Source of the DNA: Nitrospirota bacterium
GTDB taxonomy: Bacteria; Nitrospirota; UBA9217
Direction of reading: 5' to 3'
Assembly (NCBI GenBank): GCA_963840455.1
Contig: CAWIYV010000001.1
Coordinates: 128,001-192,000 of the forward strand
DNA length: 64,000 nucleotides
The position numbers were made by a program, and so were the translations under genes. This document shows positions 40,218 to 48,886 of the stretch, one piece after another; the stretch's first letter is position 1; each line of letters opens with the position of its first letter. The notes beneath the pieces are model-generated. The model was not told the origin of the DNA and did no database searches. It was given only the letters and a program-made list of their open reading frames with translations.

Positions 40218-40856
40218 TCAGGCGAACCCGCTCTTTTTCAGGGCATCAAGGCTCACGCCCCCCTCCATCCGTCCGGCGAGGAGGCGCTCCACGTATTTGC
40301 CGATGATGTCGGATTCCAGATTTACGCTGTCGCCGGCTGTTTTGAAGCCCAGCGTCGTGAGCTTCGCGGTGTGGGGGATCATGGCGATGGCAAAACCCGC
40401 GTTATCCACGTCGGCCACGGTCAGGCTGATGCCGTCGATGGCGATGGAACCCTTCTTGATCACGTACCGGAGGACCGACGCGGGCGCGTCGATGAAGATG
40501 CGCCAGCCGTTCCCCTCTTCCCGTTTCTCGCGGACGCGTCCCACGGCGTCCACGTGTCCGGTCACCAGGTGCCCGCCGATCCGCGCGGAAAGCTGAAGGG
40601 CACGCTCCAGGTTCACTTTTTTCCCTGCCTGAAGATCACCGAGGTTCGTAACCCTGAGGGTCTCCACGGCAACATCGGCGGAGAACTCTGTTCTGTTCAT
40701 CTCGACGACGGTGAGGCAGACGCCGTTCACGCAGATGCTGTCGCCGAGCGCCGTCCCGTCCAGCACCTTCGCGGCGGAAAGGGTTAGACGGGCGGCACCA
40801 GCCTCGCGCCGGAGCGCCTTTACCATACCCAGCTCTTCAATGATCCCCGTGAACAT
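40218..40856 (-). CDS. ribE: Riboflavin synthase
   Basis: [22 protein letters not shown] and VNLESD motifs. Confidence 0.96.
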   Translation of the reverse strand: MFTGIIEELGMVKALRREAGAARLTLSAAKVLDGTALGDSICVNGVCLTVVEMNRTEFSADVAVETLRVTNLGDLQAGKKVNLERALQLSARIGGHLVTGHVDAVGRVREKREEGNGWRIFIDAPASVLRYVIKKGSIAIDGISLTVADVDNAGFAIAMIPHTAKLTTLGFKTAGDSVNLESDIIGKYVERLLAGRMEGGVSLDALKKSGFA

Positions 40857-40868
40857 TCGGTCTCGCGG

Positions 40869-41600
40869 CTACTTAAGCAACGGCAGCAGCACGATCTCGA
40901 TCCTGCGGTTCTTTGCCCTGCCTTCATCCGTATCGTTCGGGGCAAGAGGCTGATATTCCGAGTAGCCCGTTGCCGAGAGCAGCTTTGGGTCCAGCCCGCC
41001 CTCTTCCTGGAGATACCGCACGACCTGCGTGGCGCGCCCCGCGGAGAGCTCCCAGTTCGTGGGATACTTGGTCTTGATGGCGCTGTAGATCCGCACGTTG
41101 TCCGTGTGGCCCTCCACCTGGATGCGCTTGTCCTTGATGTCCTTCAGGATCGTAATGACCTTGTCCAGGACCTTCTTGCCTTCCCTGCTTACATCGGCGC
41201 TGCCCGAGGCGAAGAGGATCTTGTCCACCATGGTCATAGTCAGCCGGTTCTTCATCTCCGTCAGCTGGACCTGTCCGTCCTGGATCTCCTTCTCAAGCTT
41301 CTTCTGGAGGTCCTGATAGGTCTGCGTCGCCTTCTCGAGCTGCTCTGCCTTCTCGGCCTTCGTCGTCAGCTCGTTCACCTTCCCCTGGAGCGCCTCCTTG
41401 TCCTTCTTGAGCATCTCGTTATCCGCCGTGAGGCCCTTCACCTGGCTTCTGCATGTGTTCACCTGCACCACTGTTTCGTCACGCTGCTTCGCGCAGTCGG
41501 CAAGGTCGTTCACTGCCTTGGTGTGCTCGGCGGTCGGCACTCCGCAGGCAGACAGCAAAAAAATAAGGGAAAATAAAGGAAAAACCAGCGTTTTTTTCAT
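40869..41600 (-). CDS. OmpA/MotB-family peptidoglycan-binding lipoprotein with coiled coil
   Basis: LSAC lipobox; EGHTDN, NWELSAGRA and NRRIEI motifs. Confidence 0.85.
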   Translation of the reverse strand: MKKTLVFPLFSLIFLLSACGVPTAEHTKAVNDLADCAKQRDETVVQVNTCRSQVKGLTADNEMLKKDKEALQGKVNELTTKAEKAEQLEKATQTYQDLQKKLEKEIQDGQVQLTEMKNRLTMTMVDKILFASGSADVSREGKKVLDKVITILKDIKDKRIQVEGHTDNVRIYSAIKTKYPTNWELSAGRATQVVRYLQEEGGLDPKLLSATGYSEYQPLAPNDTDEGRAKNRRIEIVLLPLLK

Positions 41601-41651
41601 ACGATGCTCCTTACGGAAAGAGATATGTCAGGGCCCTTTTTGAGCACGGTT

Positions 41652-41680
41652 ATAATAACGGTAGGATGATTTAATGTCAA
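41652..41680 (-). promoter_or_regulatory. Sigma70 promoter upstream of the ompA-like/rib operon
   Basis: TTGACA-N17-TATTAT. Confidence 0.65.
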
Positions 41681-41722
41681 GAATATTTCTGGTAAATAGC
41701 GGGGTTACGGCAACTGGACAGG

Positions 41723-42313
41723 TCAATTTTTCTCGAAGCAGGGAATGCAGACGATCTTCCCTCCCTTCACCCGCCCGCGAGACTCCATGAACCGCTCGCG
41801 GCACTGGGCGCAGCGCACAGAAGCGCGTATCTTGGCCAACGACGGGGGCGGCGTGGTGACTGGTTCGATGTTCAGGAACTCCTTGTCGTCGGCCCTGAGG
41901 ATCGCAGCGGTCTTCTCCATCTTGAACTGTTCCATTTCGCGGGAGACATCCTCTCCTGCGTCCTGCCGCTTCTTGAGCTCGGGGTACCGCGCATCGTTCT
42001 CGAACCCCCGGTAGTTCTCGGAAACGCGCACACCTTTGCCTGTAGAGCGATTGTAGAAGGTATAAACATGCTTGCCGTAGTCGCGGAAGATGAGGTTCCC
42101 CTTCCCGAACGTAGCGCCGGTGATGAACTGGATCGCGTCCACGGCGCAGGAGTCGTTCTCGACAACGGCAACGAGCTCTTCGTCGTGCGGCCGGTCGGCC
42201 TTGAGCTCACGAAGCGCTGCCTTCGCCACACGGTACCCCAGGGTCAAGCCCGTACAGAGATGGCCGTGGAACTGGATGGCATCGCGGAGATCGGGATCGA
42301 ACTGATCGGTCAT
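41723..42313 (-). CDS. FmdE/FwdE family protein with C-terminal zinc finger
   Basis: FHGHLC, ENDSCAVDAIQ..GKGNL and CAQC..CIPC motifs; GGAGG RBS before ATG 42313. Confidence 0.88.
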   Translation of the reverse strand: MTDQFDPDLRDAIQFHGHLCTGLTLGYRVAKAALRELKADRPHDEELVAVVENDSCAVDAIQFITGATFGKGNLIFRDYGKHVYTFYNRSTGKGVRVSENYRGFENDARYPELKKRQDAGEDVSREMEQFKMEKTAAILRADDKEFLNIEPVTTPPPSLAKIRASVRCAQCRERFMESRGRVKGGKIVCIPCFEKN

Positions 42314-42370
42314 GGGAACACCTCCAATAACTTTGTAACCACGGATAAAAACGGTAACGACAAAACCTTT

Positions 42371-42479
42371 CACCGCAGAGGACGCAGAGAGCGCAGAGGA
42401 TAGACGGAAATCTGATTTGCGTGTAATTCACAACAAGCAGTTTTCTTCAATTCTCCGAGTACTCCGCGATCTCTGCGGT
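42371..42479. repeat. Inverted nonamer-repeat element (CGCAGAG units)
   Basis: CACCGCAGAGGACGCAGAGAGCGCAGAG ... CTCCGAGTACTCCGCGATCTCTGCGGT. Confidence 0.7.
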
Positions 42480-42486
42480 AATACTC

Positions 42487-43599
42487 CTATTTTCTCAGCA
42501 CGAGCTTCGCCGCAAGGATGGCCTTGGCGCGCTTTAGGTGCGCCTTGACCGTCTCGCTGTCGTCCATGGCAAGATGGATCTCCCGGGCGATCTCCTCTTC
42601 GCCCGCGGCGCTCGCTTTTTCTGCCCACTCGCGGTAGCTTGCTACATGGGAATCATCGTGCTCGATCCAGTGGTCGAGCATCATCTGCAGCTTGCGCAGA
42701 TCTTCGGTCCCCTCGACCGCGTGCTCATGGTCATGGCCGTGTCCGTGGCCGTGTGAATGTCCCTTGTGCATGTCGTCCTCTCTCCCTCCGTTCACGTGGT
42801 AGTGGCCAAAGTGGCCGTGCCGGTGCACATGCGCCTGGCCGCCGTGGGTGTGCGCGTGCTCATGGATCAGGTTGACCGAAAGCAGGAGATCGTCGTTCTG
42901 GATGATCTCGTCAATGGCCCCGTCCGCCGCAAGGGTGTGGTCCTCGGAAAAGACGATTGCCCGTTCCGCGATGTCCCCGGCTATGGCGAGGTCGTGGGTG
43001 GCCGCGATGATGGTCTTGCCTTTTTGATGCAGGCCGTGGAGCAGCTCGATGAGCCACACCTGCGTCCGCGGATCGAGGCCGTTCGTCGGCTCGTCCATCA
43101 GGAGGACGTCGGGGTCCGTGGCCAGGCTCGAAGCGATGGCGACCTTCTTCTTCTGTCCGTCCGAGAGCGTATGGGGGGCGCGGTCGCGGAGGTCCTGTAT
43201 CCGCAGGGATTCGAGCTGTTCGTCCACGATCTCCTTCACCCGGTCCCGCTGGATTCCGAGCTGGAGAGGCCCAAAGGCCACGTCGTCCCAGACGGTTGAG
43301 GAAAAAAGCTGTACATCGGGGTTCTGGAACACGAAGGCGACCTTTTTCCGGAATTCCTTCGAGAACACCCGGTCCTCCAGGGCATGCTCTGAAAGGACCT
43401 TCCCGAAGGCCCGGACCTCGCCCTGCTGGGCGAACACCAGACCGTTCAGCAGGGACAGCAGGGTGGACTTGCCGGTGCCGTTGGCCCCGAGGATCACCGC
43501 ACGTTCGCCGGCCTGGAACTCGGCGCTCACGCCGCGGACCACCGGCGCTGAACGAAGATACGCATAGCTGACCTCATGGAGGCTGAGCAGCGGCATCAC
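42487..43599 (-). CDS. nikO: Ni/Co ECF transporter ATPase (NikO/CbiO) fused to His-rich tracts and a CooJ-like domain
   Basis: GANGTGKS, FQNPD, LSDGQ and DEPT motifs, then HEHAHTH..HGHGHGHDHEH and HWIEHDDSH. Confidence 0.85.
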   Translation of the reverse strand: MMPLLSLHEVSYAYLRSAPVVRGVSAEFQAGERAVILGANGTGKSTLLSLLNGLVFAQQGEVRAFGKVLSEHALEDRVFSKEFRKKVAFVFQNPDVQLFSSTVWDDVAFGPLQLGIQRDRVKEIVDEQLESLRIQDLRDRAPHTLSDGQKKKVAIASSLATDPDVLLMDEPTNGLDPRTQVWLIELLHGLHQKGKTIIAATHDLAIAGDIAERAIVFSEDHTLAADGAIDEIIQNDDLLLSVNLIHEHAHTHGGQAHVHRHGHFGHYHVNGGREDDMHKGHSHGHGHGHDHEHAVEGTEDLRKLQMMLDHWIEHDDSHVASYREWAEKASAAGEEEIAREIHLAMDDSETVKAHLKRAKAILAAKLVLRK

Positions 43600-44471
43600 C
43601 GGAGCAGCCCCCTTTCTGCGGCGACCAGGGCAGCGCCGATGGTGAGGACCAGGACAAGCCAGCAGTAATCCGCGGTAGTGGTGCGAAATCGCACGAGGGA
43701 GATGACCTCGCCATGGTATCCCCGCGAGAGCATGGCCAGATAGACATCATTGCTCATCTCGAGGGACTTCCTGAAGATAACACCGATTCGGGACGCGATC
43801 CATCCCCGCTCGTCGGCAGCCGAGAGCGGATGGATCGTCCTGCTCTTTCTTGCGCGAAACATGTCCTGGATGAGCCGGAGGAAGACGAACAGGTAACGGT
43901 TCGTCATGCTCAGGGTCATGACAAAGATCCGGGGAACCATGAGCGCCCGGAGACCGGCAAAGATGTCCGACCACCGCGTCGTCAGCGTCAGGAGAACGGC
44001 GAAGGACACTGATGCCGCCACGCGGGAGACGAGGACAATACCGCTCCAGAGCCCCTGCCGGGTGACCGCGATCTCCTGCGGAATGACATAGGGCCCCCAG
44101 GTGTACGATTTCTGCAGGGCAACGATGACCCACAGCGGTTCGCCGGGGGTGATGACATTGAGGAGCGCCGGTAGGACGACAGCCGCCGAAAAGAGCGGCA
44201 CGAACAGCCACACGCGCATCACGAAGAGCCCGAGCGGCACCCGCGAGGCAGCGGCAAGAAGGATGCTCGCGCCGTAGAGGAACCCGAGCGACCGCGGCGC
44301 ATGAATGAAGCTGATAAGAACGAGGATGAACAGGAACGAGAGCAGCTTGATGCGCACATCCAGCGCCTGCAGCAGACCGTTCATCCGTGCATGTTCCTCG
44401 GAAAAGAAAGACTGCTCCGCGACGCGAGCAATGGCCAGCAGTGTTTTATCGAGAAATCCCGTTCGCGACAT
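43596..44471 (-). CDS. nikQ: ECF transporter T component (NikQ/CbiQ)
   Basis: LD.R.K, RYL, ARKSR and AMLSRGY motifs. Confidence 0.85.
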   Translation of the reverse strand: MSRTGFLDKTLLAIARVAEQSFFSEEHARMNGLLQALDVRIKLLSFLFILVLISFIHAPRSLGFLYGASILLAAASRVPLGLFVMRVWLFVPLFSAAVVLPALLNVITPGEPLWVIVALQKSYTWGPYVIPQEIAVTRQGLWSGIVLVSRVAASVSFAVLLTLTTRWSDIFAGLRALMVPRIFVMTLSMTNRYLFVFLRLIQDMFRARKSRTIHPLSAADERGWIASRIGVIFRKSLEMSNDVYLAMLSRGYHGEVISLVRFRTTTADYCWLVLVLTIGAALVAAERGLLR

Positions 44472-44488
44472 ATCAGCCTTCGAGATGA

Positions 44489-44842
44489 TCAGTCCTTGTC
44501 GGACCGATCGGAATTGTTCCTGCGTGCCAGCAGTTTTGAAAGACTATACATGGCACCGGCGGTTATTGCAACACCGATGATGCCTGTCAGGACATACCCC
44601 AGGCTCTCGCCCAGCAACCCCGTGCGCTGGCCGGGGACCGCGTAAGCGGGCATCGGCGCCTTCCACAATTCAGCGAGACGCTTCATCCCGGCAGGCACGA
44701 ACCCAGCCATCTTTTCGATCTCACCAAGCCCCCACTCGCCCCATCCACCCTCTGCTCCGAGCCATTTCGGGACGATCACGCCCAGCGGGGACAGGAGCGC
44801 CAGGATGCCGATGCCAATCCACAGTTTTTTCACCATGGTCAT
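44489..44842 (-). CDS. Small two-TM ECF accessory subunit (NikN/PDGLE-like)
   Basis: LSPLG..WGEW..WKAPMPAY..TM; located between nikM and nikQ. Confidence 0.7.
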   Translation of the reverse strand: MTMVKKLWIGIGILALLSPLGVIVPKWLGAEGGWGEWGLGEIEKMAGFVPAGMKRLAELWKAPMPAYAVPGQRTGLLGESLGYVLTGIIGVAITAGAMYSLSKLLARRNNSDRSDKD

Positions 44843-44897
44843 GCCGTTCGAATTACGCTGTTCATGCATCATCCCGCAATCCTCAATCCGCAATGAT

Positions 44898-45566
44898 CTA
44901 CGCCAGCATCTCGGGATCGTTCTTCTGGAAGTACTTGATCACGAGCGCTGTAACCGCGGCTTCAATAAATCCGAAAACCAGCAGATGCTCAATGGCCATT
45001 GCCGGCACGGCGATTGCCAGGGGGAACGGCGAATAGAGCGGCTGGCCATCGGCGGACCGCTCCAGGAGGGGCTGGACGCCGAACTGCACCGCCGTGAGCA
45101 GGGCTGAAACATTCAGGCTGACGTATGCCGCAACAGCACCTGCGATCCAGCGTCTCCTGCTCAGGACGCCGGCATGACCGGCGATCAGACGGTACACTGC
45201 GTATCCCGAGAAGACGCCGGCAACAGCCATGTTGAAGCAGTTCGCGCCGATCGCGGTTATGCCTCCGTCGCCGAACAGGACCGCCTGGATGATGAGCGCC
45301 ACCGACACGGATATCAGTGCGGCCCAGGGGCCGAGCAGGATCGCGATGAGCGTGGCGCCGGTCGCATGGCCGGTCGTCCCGCCGATGATCGGGATATTGA
45401 ACATCATGATCACGAAACTGAACGCCGCGCCGATCGCGAGGAACGGCGCCTGCTTTGCCTTCAACGTTCTGTTCAATCTCCACGACGCGACGGCCCAGAA
45501 CGGGACCGTGACGGCATACAGCGTGCCGTACGTGGCAGGACCGAGATAACCGTCAGGGATATGCAT
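44898..45566 (-). CDS. nikM: ECF transporter S component NikM/CbiM
   Basis: Starts MHIPDGYL after a GGAAGGAG RBS; GTTGH and GDGGITAIGAN motifs. Confidence 0.9.
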   Translation of the reverse strand: MHIPDGYLGPATYGTLYAVTVPFWAVASWRLNRTLKAKQAPFLAIGAAFSFVIMMFNIPIIGGTTGHATGATLIAILLGPWAALISVSVALIIQAVLFGDGGITAIGANCFNMAVAGVFSGYAVYRLIAGHAGVLSRRRWIAGAVAAYVSLNVSALLTAVQFGVQPLLERSADGQPLYSPFPLAIAVPAMAIEHLLVFGFIEAAVTALVIKYFQKNDPEMLA

Positions 45567-45661
45567 GCACCGTCTCCTTCCGGGAACAGAAACAGCCGCA
45601 AGCGCTGCGATGCGGGACTGCACTCGGGATCATCAACCGCGGGGATCGATCCCGCACTCGC

Positions 45662-46477
45662 TCAGAACTTGTATCCAAACCCCGCCAGGAACCCATAATC
45701 CTCGGAGTTCGCATTCAGCCCGACCCGGATGCCGGCATCGACATAGTAATGCTCCGAGGGCTCATAGATCAACCCGACCAGTGCATTCGCAATTCGCGAG
45801 AAGACGTCTGTTTCCTTTACCCGTACCACTGCCAGTTCGACCACGGGTTCCCAAGGTTTTGATCGTTCATATTTCGCGGCAATGCTCATGGCAACAGCAT
45901 GTTCGAACGTGAAATTACCCCGCCTGAGCGCTCTGCCCGAGGATTCGTATCCAAGGTTGGCGTTGATCTCAACGGATTCCCACTCAGTCGTGCTGATCAG
46001 CCGCCCGCCCCACCGTGATTTACCGGCACCCAGCCCCTTCTCCTCATTGCCCGTGGGCCGGCTGAACGCAACCTGATAGGCCAGCGACTGCTCGTGGTGG
46101 TCGCGTCCCCCGCTTTTCTTTTCCTGCTCATAGAACCGATGCTTGAACCTGAAGACGACGTCGCTGAGACCGCTCTCGTTGTTCCCCGTGGCCGGACTCG
46201 GACGAAGCGAGAGATAGGGCATCTCCACGGCAGCATCCATGGTTTCCCCGATCCCCAACGTGACCGCAACCGGTACCACCGTCGACTTGAACTCGTTGTC
46301 CTTCAGATAGTTGATGCTCGATTCTACCAGAACGCCTCCTGGTCCCTGCGTGCCCGTGTCATCGGTAACGAGCGGATGCATTGCCTGCGCCGGCGGGGCG
46401 ATCGCCGCCAGGATCATGGTCATGATCAACAGCACACACAACCGAATACCATATTCCCTGCCGAGACATTCCCGCAT
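45662..46477 (-). CDS. Outer-membrane beta-barrel channel in the nickel operon
   Basis: Signal peptide ending AQA, mature MHPLVTDDTGT, amphipathic strands, C-terminal GFGYKF. Confidence 0.7.
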   Translation of the reverse strand: MRECLGREYGIRLCVLLIMTMILAAIAPPAQAMHPLVTDDTGTQGPGGVLVESSINYLKDNEFKSTVVPVAVTLGIGETMDAAVEMPYLSLRPSPATGNNESGLSDVVFRFKHRFYEQEKKSGGRDHHEQSLAYQVAFSRPTGNEEKGLGAGKSRWGGRLISTTEWESVEINANLGYESSGRALRRGNFTFEHAVAMSIAAKYERSKPWEPVVELAVVRVKETDVFSRIANALVGLIYEPSEHYYVDAGIRVGLNANSEDYGFLAGFGYKF

Positions 46478-46478
46478 C

Positions 46479-46898
46479 TCAGGCGAGTTCCTTGCCCGTG
46501 GTCGTCATCGTGAGCTTCCCGTGCTTGACGCCCCGGGCGCCGATGAGCCGGTCGGCGATCTTCTTGATGTCCTGACCCTTGCCTTTCACCACCAGGACCT
46601 CGAGACAGTTGTGCGGGTCGAGGTGCACATGGAGGGCGGAGACGATCTGCTGGAAGGATTTGTGCTGCATCTCCGTGAGCGCGTGTTCCAACTCGCGGGT
46701 ATGATGATTGTACACGATCGTGATCGTCCCCACGGTCTCCTGGTCTCCTGCTTTCCATTCCTCTTCGACCAGTTTGTCGCGGATCAGATCCTGGATCGCC
46801 GCGGACCGGCTTCCATACCCTTGTTTGGCGATCAGGGCATCGAACTTTCTGACCAGAGCGTTGTCAATGGACATGCCGAAACGGGTGATCCCTGCCAT
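46479..46898 (-). CDS. nikR: Nickel-responsive regulator
   Basis: RHH N-terminus (RFGMS..SRS.AI.DLIR); YNHH, QH and HVHLD..C motifs. Confidence 0.96.
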   Translation of the reverse strand: MAGITRFGMSIDNALVRKFDALIAKQGYGSRSAAIQDLIRDKLVEEEWKAGDQETVGTITIVYNHHTRELEHALTEMQHKSFQQIVSALHVHLDPHNCLEVLVVKGKGQDIKKIADRLIGARGVKHGKLTMTTTGKELA

Positions 46899-46907
46899 AC
46901 CGCCTCC

Positions 46908-46935
46908 GTGTTACTATTTATTGATTTAGTAACAC
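46908..46935. promoter_or_regulatory. NikR operator overlapping the nik promoter -10
   Basis: Perfect palindrome GTGTTACTA-N10-TAGTAACAC, with minus-strand TTGACA at 46949-46954 upstream. Confidence 0.8.
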
Positions 46936-47119
46936 GCTACGGTCGCGATGTCAAGCGGTTTATTCCTGGCAGGAACATCCGGGGCATGGCTTAAGACCGC
47001 CGCACCGAAGATTATCGCCTTGACAACAATGCATACCTCTGTTAATTTAAATTCAGTCGCATTTGCATGATACGATGTGAATAGTACCCAATCAAAAGAG
47101 CTGTCACAAGGAGGTCGTC

Positions 47120-47866
47120 ATGAGAAGGATCATCATTGCATTGCTATTGGTATTGATCACAGCCGTGCCCGCCATGGCAAAGACCGACATCACCCTGCCG
47201 CCCAGTTTCACCCAGGACGATTTCAAGGGCCTGAGCCGCGACCTGGGGCTGGCCATCAGCTACGTCCCTCTCGCGACGGCTGAGCCTCTTGGCGGAGTAC
47301 TCCCGCATATCGACCTTGGCGTCGAAGCAACGAGCACCAGCATTGACAACAACGCTTCCTACTGGACAAAGATCTCAAATGTGCCCGGGAACAGCTCGAT
47401 CCCGAGCAACCTGGTCATGCCCAAGGTCCATCTCCAGGTGGGCCTGCCGATCATACCGATCGACCTTGGCTTCGTCTATGCGAACGTGCCGAACACCAAC
47501 ATCAAATATACCGGCTATGAAGTCAAATGGTCCATCCTCCAGGGAAGTGTGGCTACTCCCGCCATCGCGCTTCGCGGCGCTTATACGGTGCTGTCCGGCA
47601 TATCCGACATCGACATTAGTACTAAGTCCGCTGACCTGTCCATCAGCAAGGGATTCGCCATGTTCACCCCCTATGCCGGATATGCCCTGGTCTGGATCGA
47701 CAGCAAGGAGAAAAGCACTGCCGTCACGCTCCAGGATGAGAGCCTCACCGAGAACAAGTGGTTTGTCGGATGCAAGATCACCTTCTTTCCGCTCATGAAC
47801 ATGGTCGCCGAGGCGGACTTCGCCAAGGTGAACTCCTACTCGCTCCGTTTGAACATACACTTCTAA
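47120..47866 (+). CDS. Secreted, probable outer-membrane beta-barrel protein of unknown function
   Basis: AGGAGG RBS, signal peptide (AMA), alternating beta strands, C-terminal Phe. Confidence 0.7.
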   Translation: MRRIIIALLLVLITAVPAMAKTDITLPPSFTQDDFKGLSRDLGLAISYVPLATAEPLGGVLPHIDLGVEATSTSIDNNASYWTKISNVPGNSSIPSNLVMPKVHLQVGLPIIPIDLGFVYANVPNTNIKYTGYEVKWSILQGSVATPAIALRGAYTVLSGISDIDISTKSADLSISKGFAMFTPYAGYALVWIDSKEKSTAVTLQDESLTENKWFVGCKITFFPLMNMVAEADFAKVNSYSLRLNIHF

Positions 47867-47888
47867 GCGCCTGCTTTCGGAGTACCTC

Positions 47889-47915
47889 AGCCCCCGGCAT
47901 CCGCCGGGGGCTTTT
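47889..47915 (+). terminator. Intrinsic terminator
   Basis: AGCCCCCGGC-ATCC-GCCGGGGGCTTTT. Confidence 0.8.
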
Positions 47916-47972
47916 CTGCTCCTACGCCCTTCCTCCTTGCCCCTGCAGAGACCTTTATGGTATATTCCAGCC

Positions 47973-48755
47973 GTGAAGCCGAAGATCGACGCATTGATCC
48001 TGAAGGTGAGCGGGAACGAGATGGAAGGGGCCGTGGACGAGGTCGCGGCAGAACTTCCGGTCAGGCTCGTCCTGAACGGCGAACCGCTCGTTACCCTCCT
48101 CTGCACACCAACGGAGCTCGAGGAGCTTGCCGTCGGATTCCTCCTGTCCGAGGGTCTTCTGCATGAACGGTCTGCCATCAAGAAGCTTTCTGTATCCGGG
48201 ACCGGCCCGTCCATCTTTATCGAGCTGGCCGGCCTGCCGCAGCACTGGGAAAAACAGTTCGAGAAGCGGACGATCTCGTCGGGCTGCGGCAAAGGCATTA
48301 CCTTTACGAACTATGACCGGAGCAAGGACCGGAAGCTCGATACAAGGGGACCGGTGGTGAGTATCAGCGCCATCCGTGAGTTGCTCAAGGTCTTCCGGAA
48401 CATCTCGACGCTCTACCTCGAGACCGGCGGGGTCCACAGCGCGGCGCTGTCGGACGGAAAGGACCTCCTGTTCTTCTCGGAGGACATCGGCAGGCACAAC
48501 GCGGTGGACAAGCTGATCGGAAAGGCGTTCCTGAAGGGCGTATCGATCGAGAACAAGATCCTGTTCACCAGCGGCAGGGTGACCTCGGAGATCGTGACCA
48601 AGGCGGGAAGGAACCATTTCCCCATCCTCGTCAGCCGCGCGGCCGCGTCGTGCATGGCCATCAACTACGCCGAGGACATGGGCATCACCCTCGTCGGCTT
48701 TGCCCGCGGGGACCGGATGAACATCTATACGTGGCCGAACAGGATCAGGATGTAA
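47973..48755 (+). CDS. fdhD: Formate dehydrogenase accessory sulfurtransferase
   Basis: LAVGFL.SEG, SSGCG, TGGVH, EDIGRHNAVDK and GFARG motifs; GTG start inferred. Confidence 0.93.
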   Translation: MKPKIDALILKVSGNEMEGAVDEVAAELPVRLVLNGEPLVTLLCTPTELEELAVGFLLSEGLLHERSAIKKLSVSGTGPSIFIELAGLPQHWEKQFEKRTISSGCGKGITFTNYDRSKDRKLDTRGPVVSISAIRELLKVFRNISTLYLETGGVHSAALSDGKDLLFFSEDIGRHNAVDKLIGKAFLKGVSIENKILFTSGRVTSEIVTKAGRNHFPILVSRAAASCMAINYAEDMGITLVGFARGDRMNIYTWPNRIRM

Positions 48756-48886
48756 GCGACAGTGCGGAGTGGGGAGTAAACTGCAGGTCGACAACGGCAA
48801 GAATCTTTTCAATGCTCAATTTTCACGACTGATCGATTCGTGTATGCTTCTTTTTTCGTCCTCGAGGCCTTTCTACGTGTAACGTA

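Noticed and set aside
41601-41722. FMN riboswitch before the rib genes, or a GEMM-like TAGCGGGGTTAC
   Set aside because: No RFN core is present, and the GEMM-like match is an isolated 12-mer
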